Of a stretch of DNA of 64,000 nt, positions 10,339 to 23,200 are shown piece by piece. The notes under the pieces are model-generated. The model saw nothing but the letters and a program-made list of their open reading frames with translations, had not been told where the DNA came from and made no database searches. The stretch's first letter is position 1; every line of letters starts with the position of its first letter. Origin of the DNA: Takakia lepidozioides (taxonomy: Eukaryota > Plantae > Bryophyta); the NCBI GenBank assembly GCA_030704615.1, contig CM060731.1, forward strand, positions 5,828,001-5,892,000, written 5' to 3'. Position numbers and translations under genes: made by a program.

Positions 10339-12544
10339 GTACACGAAATATGTGCTTATGGAAGGAAATCACCTGAGCGGAATTCCAGACTATCTTGACA
10401 TGTGGTCGGACCCTGCAAACAATCCAACCATGTATACTGCAGGGATATTGAAGGACTGGAGTCCTTCTCACTTCAGAGACTGTGGGTGGTACCTTGACTG
10501 CCCACCGGAGCACACGACCTTTCAAGAACAGCATATGAAATACTTGAACAATAACGCTGAGATGTTGGCGCCTTTGACTGACGAAGAGTACCAACGAAAC
10601 ATAGCAACATTGGCTGCCAATGAGCCTGATGCTCAGGGAACGCCACAGAAGGGAAAGAATGCGGGCCGCAAACCAAAAGACAAGGCTGTTGATGTCATAG
10701 CCATCTCACCAGCAAAGCCAAAGGACAAAGACAAGTCCAAAGAGAAGGAAAAGGACAAGGGGAAGGAGAAAGAAAAGGAGATGGAGAGTGGGCAGGACTT
10801 TACTGCTGGAAGATATACCCGCACTGCGTGTTCGATGCCAAGCCACACCCTTCCCGTTCTGATTCGGCAGGAGAGATGAAAATTGTTAATGAGGGTTGGC
10901 TGTCGATGATGCAGAGTCGAAAGAGAAGATACACTGGGGTGCCTTTGCCTACCTGGGACAATATAATCTCATTCCTCAATCTGGTGAGAATTCCAGTTTC
11001 TTTAATATCTCTCTGACAGTTTCGTTGGCAGTATTTCAGTCTCGTTCTTTGAAAACATTCTTGCCATCATTCTTATAAAAAACATGTCTGTTGCAGGTGA
11101 GCACAGGTCCCACCTTCGTGTGCGGTGTGCAGAAAACATATGCGGCCGACATTGTCATTCTCGACATCCTGGATGGCCAGGCTGTGCCAGAAGTTCTTCC
11201 AAAGGGCAAGACGCCAGGCTGGAACAAATTCGAGGACAACTACCGGAGTTGGGTGTTCGGGTTCTGTAATAACTTCCTCTCTGATGCAGGGACACTTCTG
11301 CTTTTTCAGTCATGTGACAATGATAGTCGTCGGGCATTGGCATCATACCTCAAGTCTTCAGGGTTTGAAGTTTTGCGCACATGGAATTGTGTGAACAGCC
11401 TCTACCTTGTGAAAGGGGGTTTCCCTGGTCAGCTGGTATGTCGTCTCCCTTCTGCTTGTGCTTTCATGATGAGTTTCAATGTTCTCTGTAGCTCCACTCT
11501 AGTAGAATCTGTTATGATCGACACCGATCATCACCGATTCGTGATAAAAATGATTTTTTTGTGTCTGAGTTCTGAATAGCCGATGTATACACTTCCACTA
11601 TAGATTGTGTTTACCACACTAACCTGCTATCTTTGGCAGACGAGGATATTCGAGGTGATCTGCCTGCACAGGATTCGCACCTCCAAGACACCATCCTCCA
11701 TCCACAGCTTTGAGATTTCTGACCAGGGTTGTTTCGTCAACCCCCCCTATGAGCCCCATGTCAATGACATTTTGTACAACTTCATGCAGTCCAGTCAGAC
11801 TCTGAAGAGACCAGATGGCACTCCCTGGAGAGGTGCAAAGGAAAAGTCCCCAGCGTTCATGCAAATACTGCTGGAGTCATGCAGCCACCACTCTGCACGG
11901 GTGGTCGATCTTTCTGTGTCCACAGGTTCGTTCTTTCCCTTCCGAATTGGTTTTCTTTCAACAGTTTCATCTGCTTAAATCCCCCCCACCAAACTGTTCA
12001 TGTCCTCCTGTGTGGTGCAGGAGCAACTTACCATGCATGCAAGGCAGGCGGAAGAAGCCTTTTTGGCATGGAGGGTGATTCTGACCTCTACAACACAATG
12101 CTCCTCCCCCTTTTGTCTGGCTCCACTTCAGGCACACAGACTGATCGGATTCAAATTCGAAATGATGACGATCCTGAAGATAAGCAGGTCGACAACGACT
12201 TTTCATGTGAGTAAGTGCTAAACCCTCTTTGGGAGCCATACTCAATTTCTCAATAACATCAAAGTTACAGTAATAACTTTTTCAGGCTGTCTTTCAGGAA
12301 AGGCAGCGGTGGATCTTCAGGAGATACAGTCATTTCTGGCGAGTCTGTTTTCGACAGCCCCCTTTCCAATTTTCTGCTTCATATTTATACCGAAGCAATG
12401 ACACTTCACGCGGCCGAGTCCCTATCCCCTGACTTTTTACTGCCCAGCCATAGGTATATCCAGCGTGGATCTGGTGTTCTAAAATACTTAGAGTTAGATG
12501 CAGAGGAAGCGGGGATACATTGTACTGACTCTGAGTCAAACTGA
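10339..12544 (+). CDS. Intron-containing beta-class N6-adenine/N4-cytosine DNA methyltransferase-like gene (5'-truncated, two apparent frameshifts in homopolymer-like runs)
   Basis: Exons 10339-10983, 11097-11435, 11640-11925, 12021-12206 and 12286-12544, joined by phase-consistent GT-AG introns. Spliced product shows ADIVILDILDG (motif IV position), FLSDAGTLLLF, and WRGAKEKSPAFMQILLESCS..RVVDLSVSTGATYHACKAGGRSLFGMEGD (motif X-I-II pattern of N6_N4_Mtase). Confidence 0.7.
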
Positions 12545-12689
12545 ACTATATTTTTTTAATATTCATTTTCATACTATCTGGAAAACGTTGAATCCCCTTC
12601 CTCCACCGTAGTTGTTCCTTTAGAACAAATAATAATCACAGAATCAACTTTCATTTAAATTGCAATATGTATGAATCCATTTCACAAAC

Positions 12690-13256
12690 CTCTCTGATTC
12701 TTCTCATATTCATTGTGCATTCATCTACAGTGTATTCATGCGTGCTCCATTCATGAATGTTTTCCTTTGTTCAACATCCATTGTACATTCATCCTCTGTA
12801 CTCTTTAATCCACCCCACAAACCTTCCACACTCATTTCATATACGTTGTGCATTCGTCAAAAGTTTTGGTCATGCATCTTCCTGTCATGAATTTTTGTCA
12901 TTGCTCAACATCCATTATACATTCATCCATTTTACTCTTATCCATCCCTCATTCATCCATCTACATTCATTTTTCACACTCATCCATCTGTTTATCATCC
13001 AACTGTACATTCATCCAACTGTACATTCATCCATCCTTTATTCAATGCCTTTTATTATGTCGTCCAGCTTGTTTCCGCGGTAAAGGGTGCCAATCCGCGG
13101 GAATACACTCCACTTCTTTCGGCGCGTGGTGACGCGGCCTTCACGTGTGATGACGTGGAGTGAGCCCCGTGACGTGGCATTGGCGCAAGGTGACGTGGCG
13201 TGAGCGCAGTTGCGCTCACGCGCTCACGTAACCAGGCTCACGCCGAGGCATCCCTG
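12690..13256 (+). mobile_element. Right end of the hAT-like element that carries the MTase gene
   Basis: CATTCATCC-rich repeats at 12700-13040, TGACGTGG array, GGCGTGAGCG..GCTCACGCC hairpin, and terminal GGCATCCCTG (reverse complement CAGGGATGCC, Ac/hAT-like). Confidence 0.6.
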
Positions 13257-14807
13257 CTTGATGTGGTGTAGGTCACATAGTCATACAGATTTACTGTCTG
13301 CAAGCTGTAATCCAAGCATACTTACTAAAACCCCATGGGTGTCATGGAGGGTTTTCTTAGAAAAGAAATGAACACTTGGATATCACATGTTTAAATACCT
13401 TGCCTTGCCAATATTTGTTTTAGACTGGTGTGCAGTACAGCTTGCCCCCATAGGGGATGTGGATATGTCTGGTAAGTTTTCCAGAACACCCCTATACCTT
13501 TATTTCTTGCTACAGTTGAAAATCAAAGCTCATGACACAGCAAGGTAAATATAAAGGACTGCATACACATCCTGTGACAGTATATGATACTGTCAGTACA
13601 CCCTTCACATCATTCCACATTTGACCATGTGATTACACCATGTCCAGGGGGTATTTCTACTTGACCACCCTGGCTGCCTAAAAAACCAGTTACCATTTAT
13701 ATTACTGCCATATTTCAGTGTCAGCCAAATAGCCACAGGCAGAAACTTCACCATACCCTGGCCTAAGCATCTAGCTAACAAAGCCATCTGGGTTGGAACA
13801 TAACACAGACCTTTTACCAACAGAGGTACCCGAGTAGCTGCAGCAAACAGTTCCTTGCAGCCTCTCAATTTGTTTCCAACTACCATAAGGTAAGCAAAGC
13901 AAACTAGGGCCTGGAAAACAGATGTGTGTCTCTCACACAAGCCATCATAAACCCGGCTGTCACAACATAACAGAGGTTTTCCACTAGCTAGGCCGAACTA
14001 GCCCATCGTAGAAAGTATTATACTTGTTCTTAAAAAATCAAGGAAAGAAAGAGGCAGGATCAAGAAAAACCATATAGTAGTTTAGTTTTTCAACATTTTA
14101 GGATGAGTCCCTGGCAAGCGATTCCTTCCCCTGCTCTGCAATCCCACTTGGCATCCAGCAGCATCTAGACATCAGAATATTAAGTGGAAGCCCTCACCTG
14201 TGCCCGTCCCAAAAACAACCACAACGCATTGTGAGTTAGTGAGGATGCACGAGGTGAGTAGCAGGCTTCCACATTTGCTATCGAGGTCAAATACACTTCA
14301 ATCTAAGCGCAGAGAATGCCAAAGCAAGCAAGGAAGCAAACCAACAGAAAAAAAAACCTTTTTTACTGTTTGGGGGAGAGTCGCCATTTCTCCACAAGCC
14401 TAACCGTGCAGGGAGGACTTTGCCAGCACCACATCACTGCTACCTTAACCAAAGCAAGGTCTTGCCAAGCAAGGTAGGGTTTATAAAGGGAGGGAGAGAG
14501 GCTTCATTGTGCCGCCATTCATCAAAGATCCAGAGGAGGACTCCTAGGGAAACGACCTAGGCATGCAGGTGGTGCCTCCGCCATCACTGCCGCGGTTCCC
14601 TTGTGCAGCAAAAAAACAGACAACAGAGACATGGAATCTTCCCTCATCATTAAGCCACCGCCATCGCCTTAAAGAGCCCGCTCAGGCGTTGCTCACATGA
14701 GCCATAAACACTCAAGGATTGGCAGCTCAAGGTATCTGTAGCACGAGCACCATCGCTCCTCACAAGCCGCCATCACGCGCGCTCTCGCAACGCAAAAAGA
14801 AAGACAT

Positions 14808-15198
14808 TAGGGTTGCGCAGGGTTTCCCCCTGTTTGGCTCGTCATTCATCATTCTCAGGATGAAAAACATCCGCCAGTCTGTCCGCCCGACGGACGTAGT
14901 CCGTTTTTCATTCGTGGAAGATGAAAGACATCGTGCTTTCATCCTGTCTTGCACTCAACGGATGTAGTCCGTATTTCATCTAGGTTAGATGAAAAACATG
15001 GGGGGGTTTTTAAAAAAAAAACTTGCCCTGTATTTAGGTCCTGTCAGATGAAGTCTTTTTTTCATCCAGGTTGGATTGAAAAAGTAGAAACTGACAGGAG
15101 TTTTGCAACTCACAAGTTTTTTAGTGAAGAAATATTTCACTAAAAAAATAATTAAAAAATTATTTTGGATAAAAAACATCAAAATTCCCTGCAACCCA
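14808..15198. mobile_element. Possible hAT-like MITE
   Basis: Left TAGGGTTGCGCAGGG versus right CCCTGCAACCCAA; internal GATGAAA/TTTCATC repeats. No clear TSD. Confidence 0.4.
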
Positions 15199-15427
15199 AT
15201 TTTGCAATTTTTTTCTTTTCCTTAAGGATGGAAGTCGGGACAACAATTCCATAAGCCCAGTGTCCAGAGGGAGAGAGAGGGAGAGAGAGGGAGTGAGAGG
15301 GAGACATCAGGGGGCAACAAAGAAAAGAAAAGAAGGTGGGGGGGGGAATGACTGAGAAGCTGCTGCTGCTCAGTCACCCCCCCCCCCCCCCCCACATTCT
15401 CTGTTTTTCTTTGTTGCCCTCTCTCTT

Positions 15428-15901
15428 GGGGAAACAAAAGGGACAGATCCTACCTCTGTTAGGGGCTGACGTTGGTAGTAAGACTTACCTTCACATATAG
15501 AATTAATCCGGGTTTTCCAGATATCCTCTACAAATCCCTTCACACAAGCATCAATCTGCTGTGTGTGAGTTGCCCAAAAACTAGGCCTCAGAAGGGGCTG
15601 GGCTTTTGGCTCAGCCTCGACTTTTTCAAAGTTAGTAAACAGAAGTACATGCACAATTCCCTTGATAGATTTGAAGAGAGCGTCTCTTTGGTGAGAGAAC
15701 CCTGGACAGTGTATCAAAAAATGAATAATGTCTTCAGGTTGCCCACAGACATGGTTGGACACTACAGCCTCTAAGTTTGATAGGTCGGTGGGCGGTCCTG
15801 TTTCCAAGATATAGAGTCGATTAACTTAAGATATCTGGTGTTGGACATATGTTGCAGCTGAACCCACCATCTGACCTTGAATTTATCTCGTCGGGAGCTT
15901 A
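15428..15901 (-). mobile_element. Internally deleted copy of the LINE found at 21281-23766
   Basis: Reverse-complement blocks match ~21856-21963, ~22057-22095 and ~22305-22620. Adjacent to a GA/CT-rich tract. Confidence 0.85.
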
Positions 15902-17277
15902 AAAGAGAGCAGCACAGAAGAGAGGGAAGATATTCACATCATGTCAAGACATGGACAAGACCCATAAGGGTCATTGTCAATTAAAGACATAAACAGCCCT
16001 GGATAGGGAACTATCTCACATTTCCAGTCTTGTCAAATCATCCCAAAAGACACCACCCAATCATCCAAGACAAAATAGGGTGGGAGGGCGGGGTTTGTTC
16101 TTGTGTGGGACAAGATAAGATATTGATGTCCCTGTGCATGCTGCAAGGCCTCTTGGTTCAGCTTGTACATATACCAGCAGCTTACCAATTCAGCCATTAA
16201 TTATGGCAGGTCATGCATCAGCCAAGGCATAAGGACCAGCCTGCATTTTGTCAGAATCTCAGTATCCCACCAAACAGTCCAACTTGAGCCAGATGAAGTA
16301 GATTCCATATCATTTGTATTCACCCCGAGACATGTGATCATACAAGGTATCAAGGGAATGTGAATGCAGCCTGTCAGCCTGTCTTGAACCTGACAGGCTG
16401 CATTCAACATTTTTTCTGGAATATAAAAGGACTATGTGCTCAACGGCAGAGCCCACAATAGTTAATATTAAGCAAGGTAGTTTGTTTTGCTGTATATTGT
16501 ATAACGCAAGGCCTCCGCCGTTGTTCTTAAAACCACTGGGATGCCCTTGATGAGTAGGGGTGCATCGGTTTCATAATTTTTGGACCTACAGTGTGGGAGA
16601 TACTAACTCAATTTCAAGTATTTTTTGTCACTGAAAAATTCATGAAAAATAGCAAATTGGGTCTTTTTGGAATATTGGCCTTTCATTTGTCTTTTGGTAC
16701 ACATGGTCATAAATAAATGTAAATATGTATATATTTAGTAAAACGACACTACAATATGTGCTCAACGGTTGAGGCCACACCAGTAATATATAAAACAGCT
16801 GGGAAAGAAATGGGTTATGGCTGATTGCGAGTGAAGCTGCCAATGATTAGATCCACTCTGATGAAGCTATTTTGACAATATGTAGCAATGGAACATTACA
16901 TTCCTGAGTATATTCAGTCTAAAATATTCCTTAAAACTGATAGAAATGAGTCCATGTGCTTGTTATGATTGAGAGAAACATGAAAAGCTGCAGATGCATC
17001 CCATGTCACCAATCAATCCATCATTCATCCAATATCCATCCTTATGTCATTCATCCATCTGAATTGTTTATACAGAACGTGGCATGGAGTGCCTTTCGAC
17101 TAGGTCGTAGGTACCTATCGCCTTGTTCTTCTTCCCAGTCACCCGTCGTGTGGGGAGAGAGTGGTGTTTCTATGAAAACCCTCATCTGATTCATCTACCT
17201 GCACAATCTGCAGTCGCCTTGCGCAGCAGCGCCGATACGGATCAAGCGGAGAGAGAACTCAACAAGATCCGAACAGC

Positions 17278-20200
17278 ATGGCCGCGGAGGAGCCATTAGA
17301 GCGGGACACATTGTTCAGAAAGTTAAAGGCGAAGGCGGATAATAAGGTGCGGTTTGGTTCGTCCTGCATCTTGTAATAATCTGATTCGGGCGATTTGTTC
17401 TTTTAGTGAGTTCTAACCGGATCTCCCACGCTTCTTGTTGTCTTCCTTCTCCTGTCTTGTTGTATTCACTCCCTGCAGCTCCTTTTCCTCCCCTCTCTTT
17501 CCTCCGTGCCGCTGCACTTGCGCTCTGGATCGGAACTCAAGCACATGCTTTGATCTTCGACTCTCAATCCTCCGAGCACCATTTTCAAGTTCACAAGAGT
17601 TCTTCTCTTGTGTTAGTACTCTTTACCGTATACGCCACTTCTTTCCATTGCAACCCGATCCGCGATCTTTTCCATTATTTCATCCATGGGGCATATGATG
17701 TCAAATCCCTCTTGATTGACCTTATGCTGGAAGATTTGGTGGGGTCTTCCCTCCTTTCCACTCCTTTTTAATGTCAAATGAACTAGTTTGAAGGATTTCG
17801 GTGCCATGGGGATGGTTTGGATTGGTTAGTGGGAAGCACAATCGAGCTGTTCTGCACTACCACCACATCTTCAACACCTGTGGACCATGTAATTTCCAAG
17901 TGTATTGAGGTTTTTGTTTTTCTTCTTGTCCAATTCAGCGTTCTGCCATTTCTTTCCTCTTCTTCGATCTATTTCGTAGCGTAACTTGATGTGTCTGTTT
18001 CTCTGATCTGTCTTTTCTTGGGATTTGGTCGTAGATCTTGATCTTTCCTAATTTAGCTTCCAGTGTGCTCGAACCACCCAACATTTCCACATCTGCATCA
18101 CTTAGCAAAGGGGGATCTTGGTTGGGGGCTGGCTGGGAGGACCTGTAGCTAGCATGCTTGGTTGTAAGCTTGGGTGCACGTACTGTTGTGGCTTGACATG
18201 CCATTATATTGTAGCCTGTAGGGAACTCCAAGCGCAGGGGAAGAAGGCTCTATGTTGCCAGGCATTATTGACCTCTTGTAGATCTGCAACCAGTTTGGCT
18301 GAGTTCCTGTAATGCGTGGTTCCTACATGTTTGTGACCTGGAGTTCTCTTATGGCCAATTTTCACTCTCTGAGGTTTTGCTGTTGGTGTTGTTGATTGTT
18401 CCTCCCCTTTTCTTTCTTAACAGTTGTCAATATTTTTAGTCGTTGAGTACTGACTGTTTATGTACCCTGGTCCCTCATATCTTAAGGGAGAGAGAGTTTT
18501 AGAAAGAGGAAGCAAATACACTGATAAGTAATGCTCTCTCTAGCCTGGTGATCACAGGATCCAGTCCAGTTTGGATACTGTAGGAAGGAGATTACTGGAT
18601 ACCAAGGTTTTCTCCATCAGTGAGACTAATTTGCGCACCTGATCAGCAGTTGCGCCCTCCATTTTTCAGAGATATGACCTAAAGCACATTCTTTTTGTCA
18701 CAAAACCACCCCCAATCTCCAATTAGACAACTCATCTTGCGAAAAGATCTACTATACATCACCACAGAGTGGCGGCTTTCTTCTCTGCAGATGTGCTAAT
18801 TCTATTTACCTTGCTTCTGCTTTTACAGCCAAGTCACCTCTTGTTGAGACAGAAAAGCACTATTACAGACTTGAAGGCCTAGTTTGGACTTAATGTGAAC
18901 CGTCTGGGAGCAGGGCTGGAGTTTTTAGCCTCTGGTGTCTGGGACCTCAAGTGATAATTGCCTTACCACTTGCAAACATCAATATCAGTCTGGTTCCAGT
19001 GACTCAAGTATGATGCACATGCTGCGATAGACTTGCTGGAAGATACAGGTTCAGTACTGCTGCCCTAGTCGCTAACTTGGTGACAGACATGGCCACCACT
19101 TTATGTCTAGAAAGGGGCTGATGTCGTAGACAGAGAATTCACGTCATTGGTGATGCTGGTCACTGTGCAGATGTGTTTTGATTGCAATGCAAAGAATCCC
19201 ACTTGGGCATCGGTGACATATGGAGTTTTCATCTGCCTCGACTGCTCTGCACTTCATCGCAGTCTTGGTGTTCATATCAGCTTTGTCAGGTAGGCAATGG
19301 GAGGTCACTGTGTGGCAGAGTCATGGCTGGTGTCATAGATAACACAAGCCTAGTTTTGCCTTCCTTGAAGGGTTAGGTGGGCGCCTCGAAGCCACTACAG
19401 AACCCCAACCTCTGGCACTCATAGCTGAAGAGTCTCTGAAGCCTGTTCACTTCTAACTGTGTTGTAGGCCCAGCGAAGAGAGCTGCTGTAGCACATACAG
19501 CATTTTAGAGAGCGTAGATATCTAGGGAGAGTTGTTTCCTCAATGCTACTGTTGGATTTCAAACAGAACTTATCAACACAGATGATCAGGCCCCAGCCCA
19601 GATCCTAATGCATATAGTTTTGAGCTTAGAACTGTGCATGTCATATGATGAGTTCTACGCATCAGTGTCCAGTGGTCTTAAACTTGCAGACCTGAAATGG
19701 TTTTGTGGATAACAGGTCCACCACTCTAGACAGCTGGAATCAAGATCAACTCAAGCTGATGAGCTTTGGTGGGAATGGCCGGGCCCGGGTGTTTTTCAAG
19801 CAACATGGTTGGACTGATGGAGGCAGGATTGAGTCAAAGTACACATCCAGAGCAGCTGAGCTTTACCGACAGCTATTGAACAAAGAAGTGGCCAAAAGTG
19901 CAACTGCTCTTGCACCAACATCTGTCCCCGAAAAACCTACCAATGGTGTCGCACCTACCAAAGCTGAGCAGGACTTTTTCGGTGTTGAACAGCCTGCCAT
20001 GCCCAGGCCCCTTGCTGCTGCTCCCCCTCGGCCAGCAGTGACTGGCATTGCAAGGAAGCCGGTTTCTCTTGTAGTCAAGAAGATTGGTGGAAGCAAATCA
20101 GGCAGTGGTCTGGGTGTGAAAAAGCTCACTGGCAAGGTACTTCCATCCTGTCACATTTGTTGCAAAATTCCATTAGTTTTCAGCTGAAGGTGCAGGGTGG

Positions 20201-23200
20201 TGAGGCTTTTGGGAATTATTTGGAGTAGTTAAGAGGTGTTGGTTGGTTATGTTTTGATATTTAAACTGAGGCCACTATGTGTGTTGAGTCTGAGAGTGGG
20301 CAGAAGACAGATGAATTAGGTTCATCTGTGCTCAACTCTTTGTGACATCCTCTCTTTTGTTCATCTCCCCTGTATGCTCAGTTCATTTTGTCCTATGAGG
20401 GTTTTCCTGTCAGCTAACAGTTAGCTTTGTCGCATTCACCATTTTGTACATCAGGATGCATCTCTTTGTAGTGTGGTCCTTTCCAGGAAACTAGTTCTGA
20501 TTGAAATCTAAAGGCGTCTGTCTATGCAGCAAAGTGAAGACCTTTATGATCAGAAACCGGCAGAGCTTCCGCCAGAGGTGGTGGTACCATCTGCAGGGGT
20601 AGCTGTGCAGGCTGCCCCACGGACGTCACGGTTTGTGTACACTGATGACTTGGTCGTGGCCAATGGTGGCAGCAGCTCCACAACTGGTCATGTGGCAGCA
20701 CCCTCAACTGCTGGGGATTTTTTTGCTGAGTTTGGATCCATCTCTGGGGATCGCAGACTTAATGCCAACAGCCGTGCAAAGTCCCAGGTAGGACTTCACT
20801 TATTTTCAAGTGATTCCTGCTGGGTAGGGGTAATGGAGGAGTGAAGGGTACTCTTAAGAGGTTGAGTTCCTATTCAGTCTCGTGGTGCTCCAGGTTTGTG
20901 GCTCTTTTTTGATGGGGATTGTGTCTTGTTTATGAACTCAATTCGTGGAGTCCATTGTGTCCTGTGAATATTCTAGATATTGCGATATCGAACTACATAG
21001 GTCACAACATTGTTTGTCCAAGTTTTTAATGGAGTTATAAGTGGGATTGGCAGACTGAAGAGAGCAGTGAGGCCCAAAGGAAGTTTGCAAATGCCAAATC
21101 CATATCTTCTGCTCAGTTTTTTGGTGATCAGAATAAAAGTGGTGACACTGAAAATCATACACGCCTACAAAAGTTTGCTGTAAGACACTTAACTTACGTA
21201 TTTCTACCTCTCGGCTTGTTCTGGCTTTGTTTTAGTTGATGTTGTTTCCCTTGCTCTTTCAATCTCTCTCTCTCCTCATAGGTAGGTTCAGAGGTAGGTT
21301 CTGTCCCTTTTGTTCCCGCTCAAACTGGGCGCGGGGTCAATGGCCACAAGGCTACGGCAAACAACGTCTTATGAGTACAATCTCTCTCCTCATACTGCGC
21401 GAAGAGATACTTTGATCTTTGGGGGCTAGAGGCTAATGTCAGCAAATGTGCAGTGGTAGCATTCAACGACAGAGGAGAGGGAGGAAGTGATCTTAAGTGG
21501 CAGTGGGGTAGCCAAGAGATCCCAGTCCTCCCTTCCTACACTTACCTGGGCGTTGAGTTCTCCTCCAATTGTAATTGGGATGCACATATCCGGAAAGTTG
21601 TTCAAACTGGCAAGGGCAAAGCTCTGGGGCTCACTAAATTTTTCCACTGCAGAGGGGTCAACTCTGAGGTTAAGAAAACCATGCTTTGTCGCGTTATTAG
21701 ACCTGCCTTGGAGTACGGATCTGCTATATGGGTTGATAACTCCAACCAGGCTAAGTCTCTAGAATCCATTCAAGTGGGGGTGCTTAAGGAGTGTATGTCA
21801 GCATGCTCCAAAACAGCCAATGTGGCTGTTTGGGGTGAGTTTTGCGTTCCGTCCTTAAGCTCCCGACGAGATGAATTCAAGGTCAGATGGTGGGGTCAGC
21901 TGCAACATGTGCCCAACACCAGATATCCTAAGTTAATCGACTCTATATCTTGGAAACAGGACTGCCCTGTCAAACAGGCTAAGTCCTGGCAGAAGAGAGT
22001 AGAAGAGATCCTTAAGGACCTGGACCTGGATCCGCAAGTCTTGACCCTGCTGGATAAATCTGACTTAGAGGCTGTAGTGTCCTCAGCCATGTCTGTTGCC
22101 ATGAGATTGTCTGATGAAAATGAAGTTAGGCAGAAAACTTCCCTGAACTTGTTTCCAGTCTGTGACATGGGGGAGGACATCTTGGATGACCTCAAGGGTC
22201 TACCCACTCTCGGCACTAGACTGAAATTTAAACTCAGGGCAGGAAGCCTACCTTTGAACAGCAAACAGAAGCAGAGAGGAAAGGGAGAGTGCAATTGCCC
22301 GTTGTGTGGGCAATCTGAAGACAGTATTCATTTTCTGATACACTGTCCGGGGTTCTCTCACCAAAGAGACGCTCTCTTCAAATCTATTAAGGGAATTGAG
22401 CCTGTACCCCTGTTTACCAACTTTGAAAGTCTCGAGGCTGAGCCAAAAGCCCAGGCCCTCCTGAGGCCTAGTTTTTGGACAAATCACACACAGCAGATTG
22501 ATGCTTGTGTGAAGGGATTTCTAGAGGATATCTGGAAAACCCGGATTAATTCTTTATATGGAGGTAAGTCTTACTACCAACGTCAGCCCCTGACAGAGGT
22601 AGGTTCTGTCCCTTTTGTTCCCGCTCAAACTGGGCGCGGGGTCAATGGCCACAAGGCTACGGCAAACAACGTCTTATGAGTACAATCTCTCCTCATACTT
22701 CAAACTGGGCGCGGGGTCAATGGCCACAAGGCTACGGCAAACAATGTCTTATGAGTACAAATGTCTCCTCATACTAATGAAGTTAGGCAGAAAACTTCCC
22801 TGAACTTGTTTCCAGTCTGTGACATGGGGGAGGACATCATGGATGGCCTCATGGGTCTACACTCCTCGGAGTAGACTGAAATTTAAAGTCAGGGTGGGAA
22901 GCCTACCTTTGAACAGCAAACAGAAGCAGAGAGGAAAGGGAGAGTGCAATTGCCTGTAGTGTGGGCAACCTGAAGACAATATTCATTTTCTGACTCATTG
23001 TCCAGGGTTCTCTCACCAGAGAGATGCTCTCTTCAAATCTATCAAGGGAATTGTGCCTGTACCTCTGTCTACCAACTATGAAGTACTCGAGGCTGAGCCA
23101 AAAGCCCAGGCCCTTTGGGTCCTAGTTATTTGACAAAATCACACACAGCAGGTTGATGCTTGTGTGAAGGGATTTCTAGAGGATATCTGGAAAACCCGGA

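Noticed and set aside
10339-12544. Bacterial contamination as the source of the MTase, sigma factor or ParB-like sequences
   Set aside because: The MTase and sigma fragments have spliceosomal introns, and all three are contiguous with plant genes and TEs.
12757-13132. His/Ile/Ser-rich ORFs and most other short ORFs in the track
   Set aside because: They are translations of CATTCATCC repeats, introns, or antisense/alternative frames of real exons, with no recognisable motifs.
620-13256. A single giant element bounded by the two TGACGTGG arrays as inverted termini
   Set aside because: The two ends are in the same orientation (both right ends), so they belong to two separate related elements.
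16361-16416. Rho-independent terminator
   Set aside because: The shape fits, but the context is plant nuclear intergenic DNA with no bacterial gene upstream.
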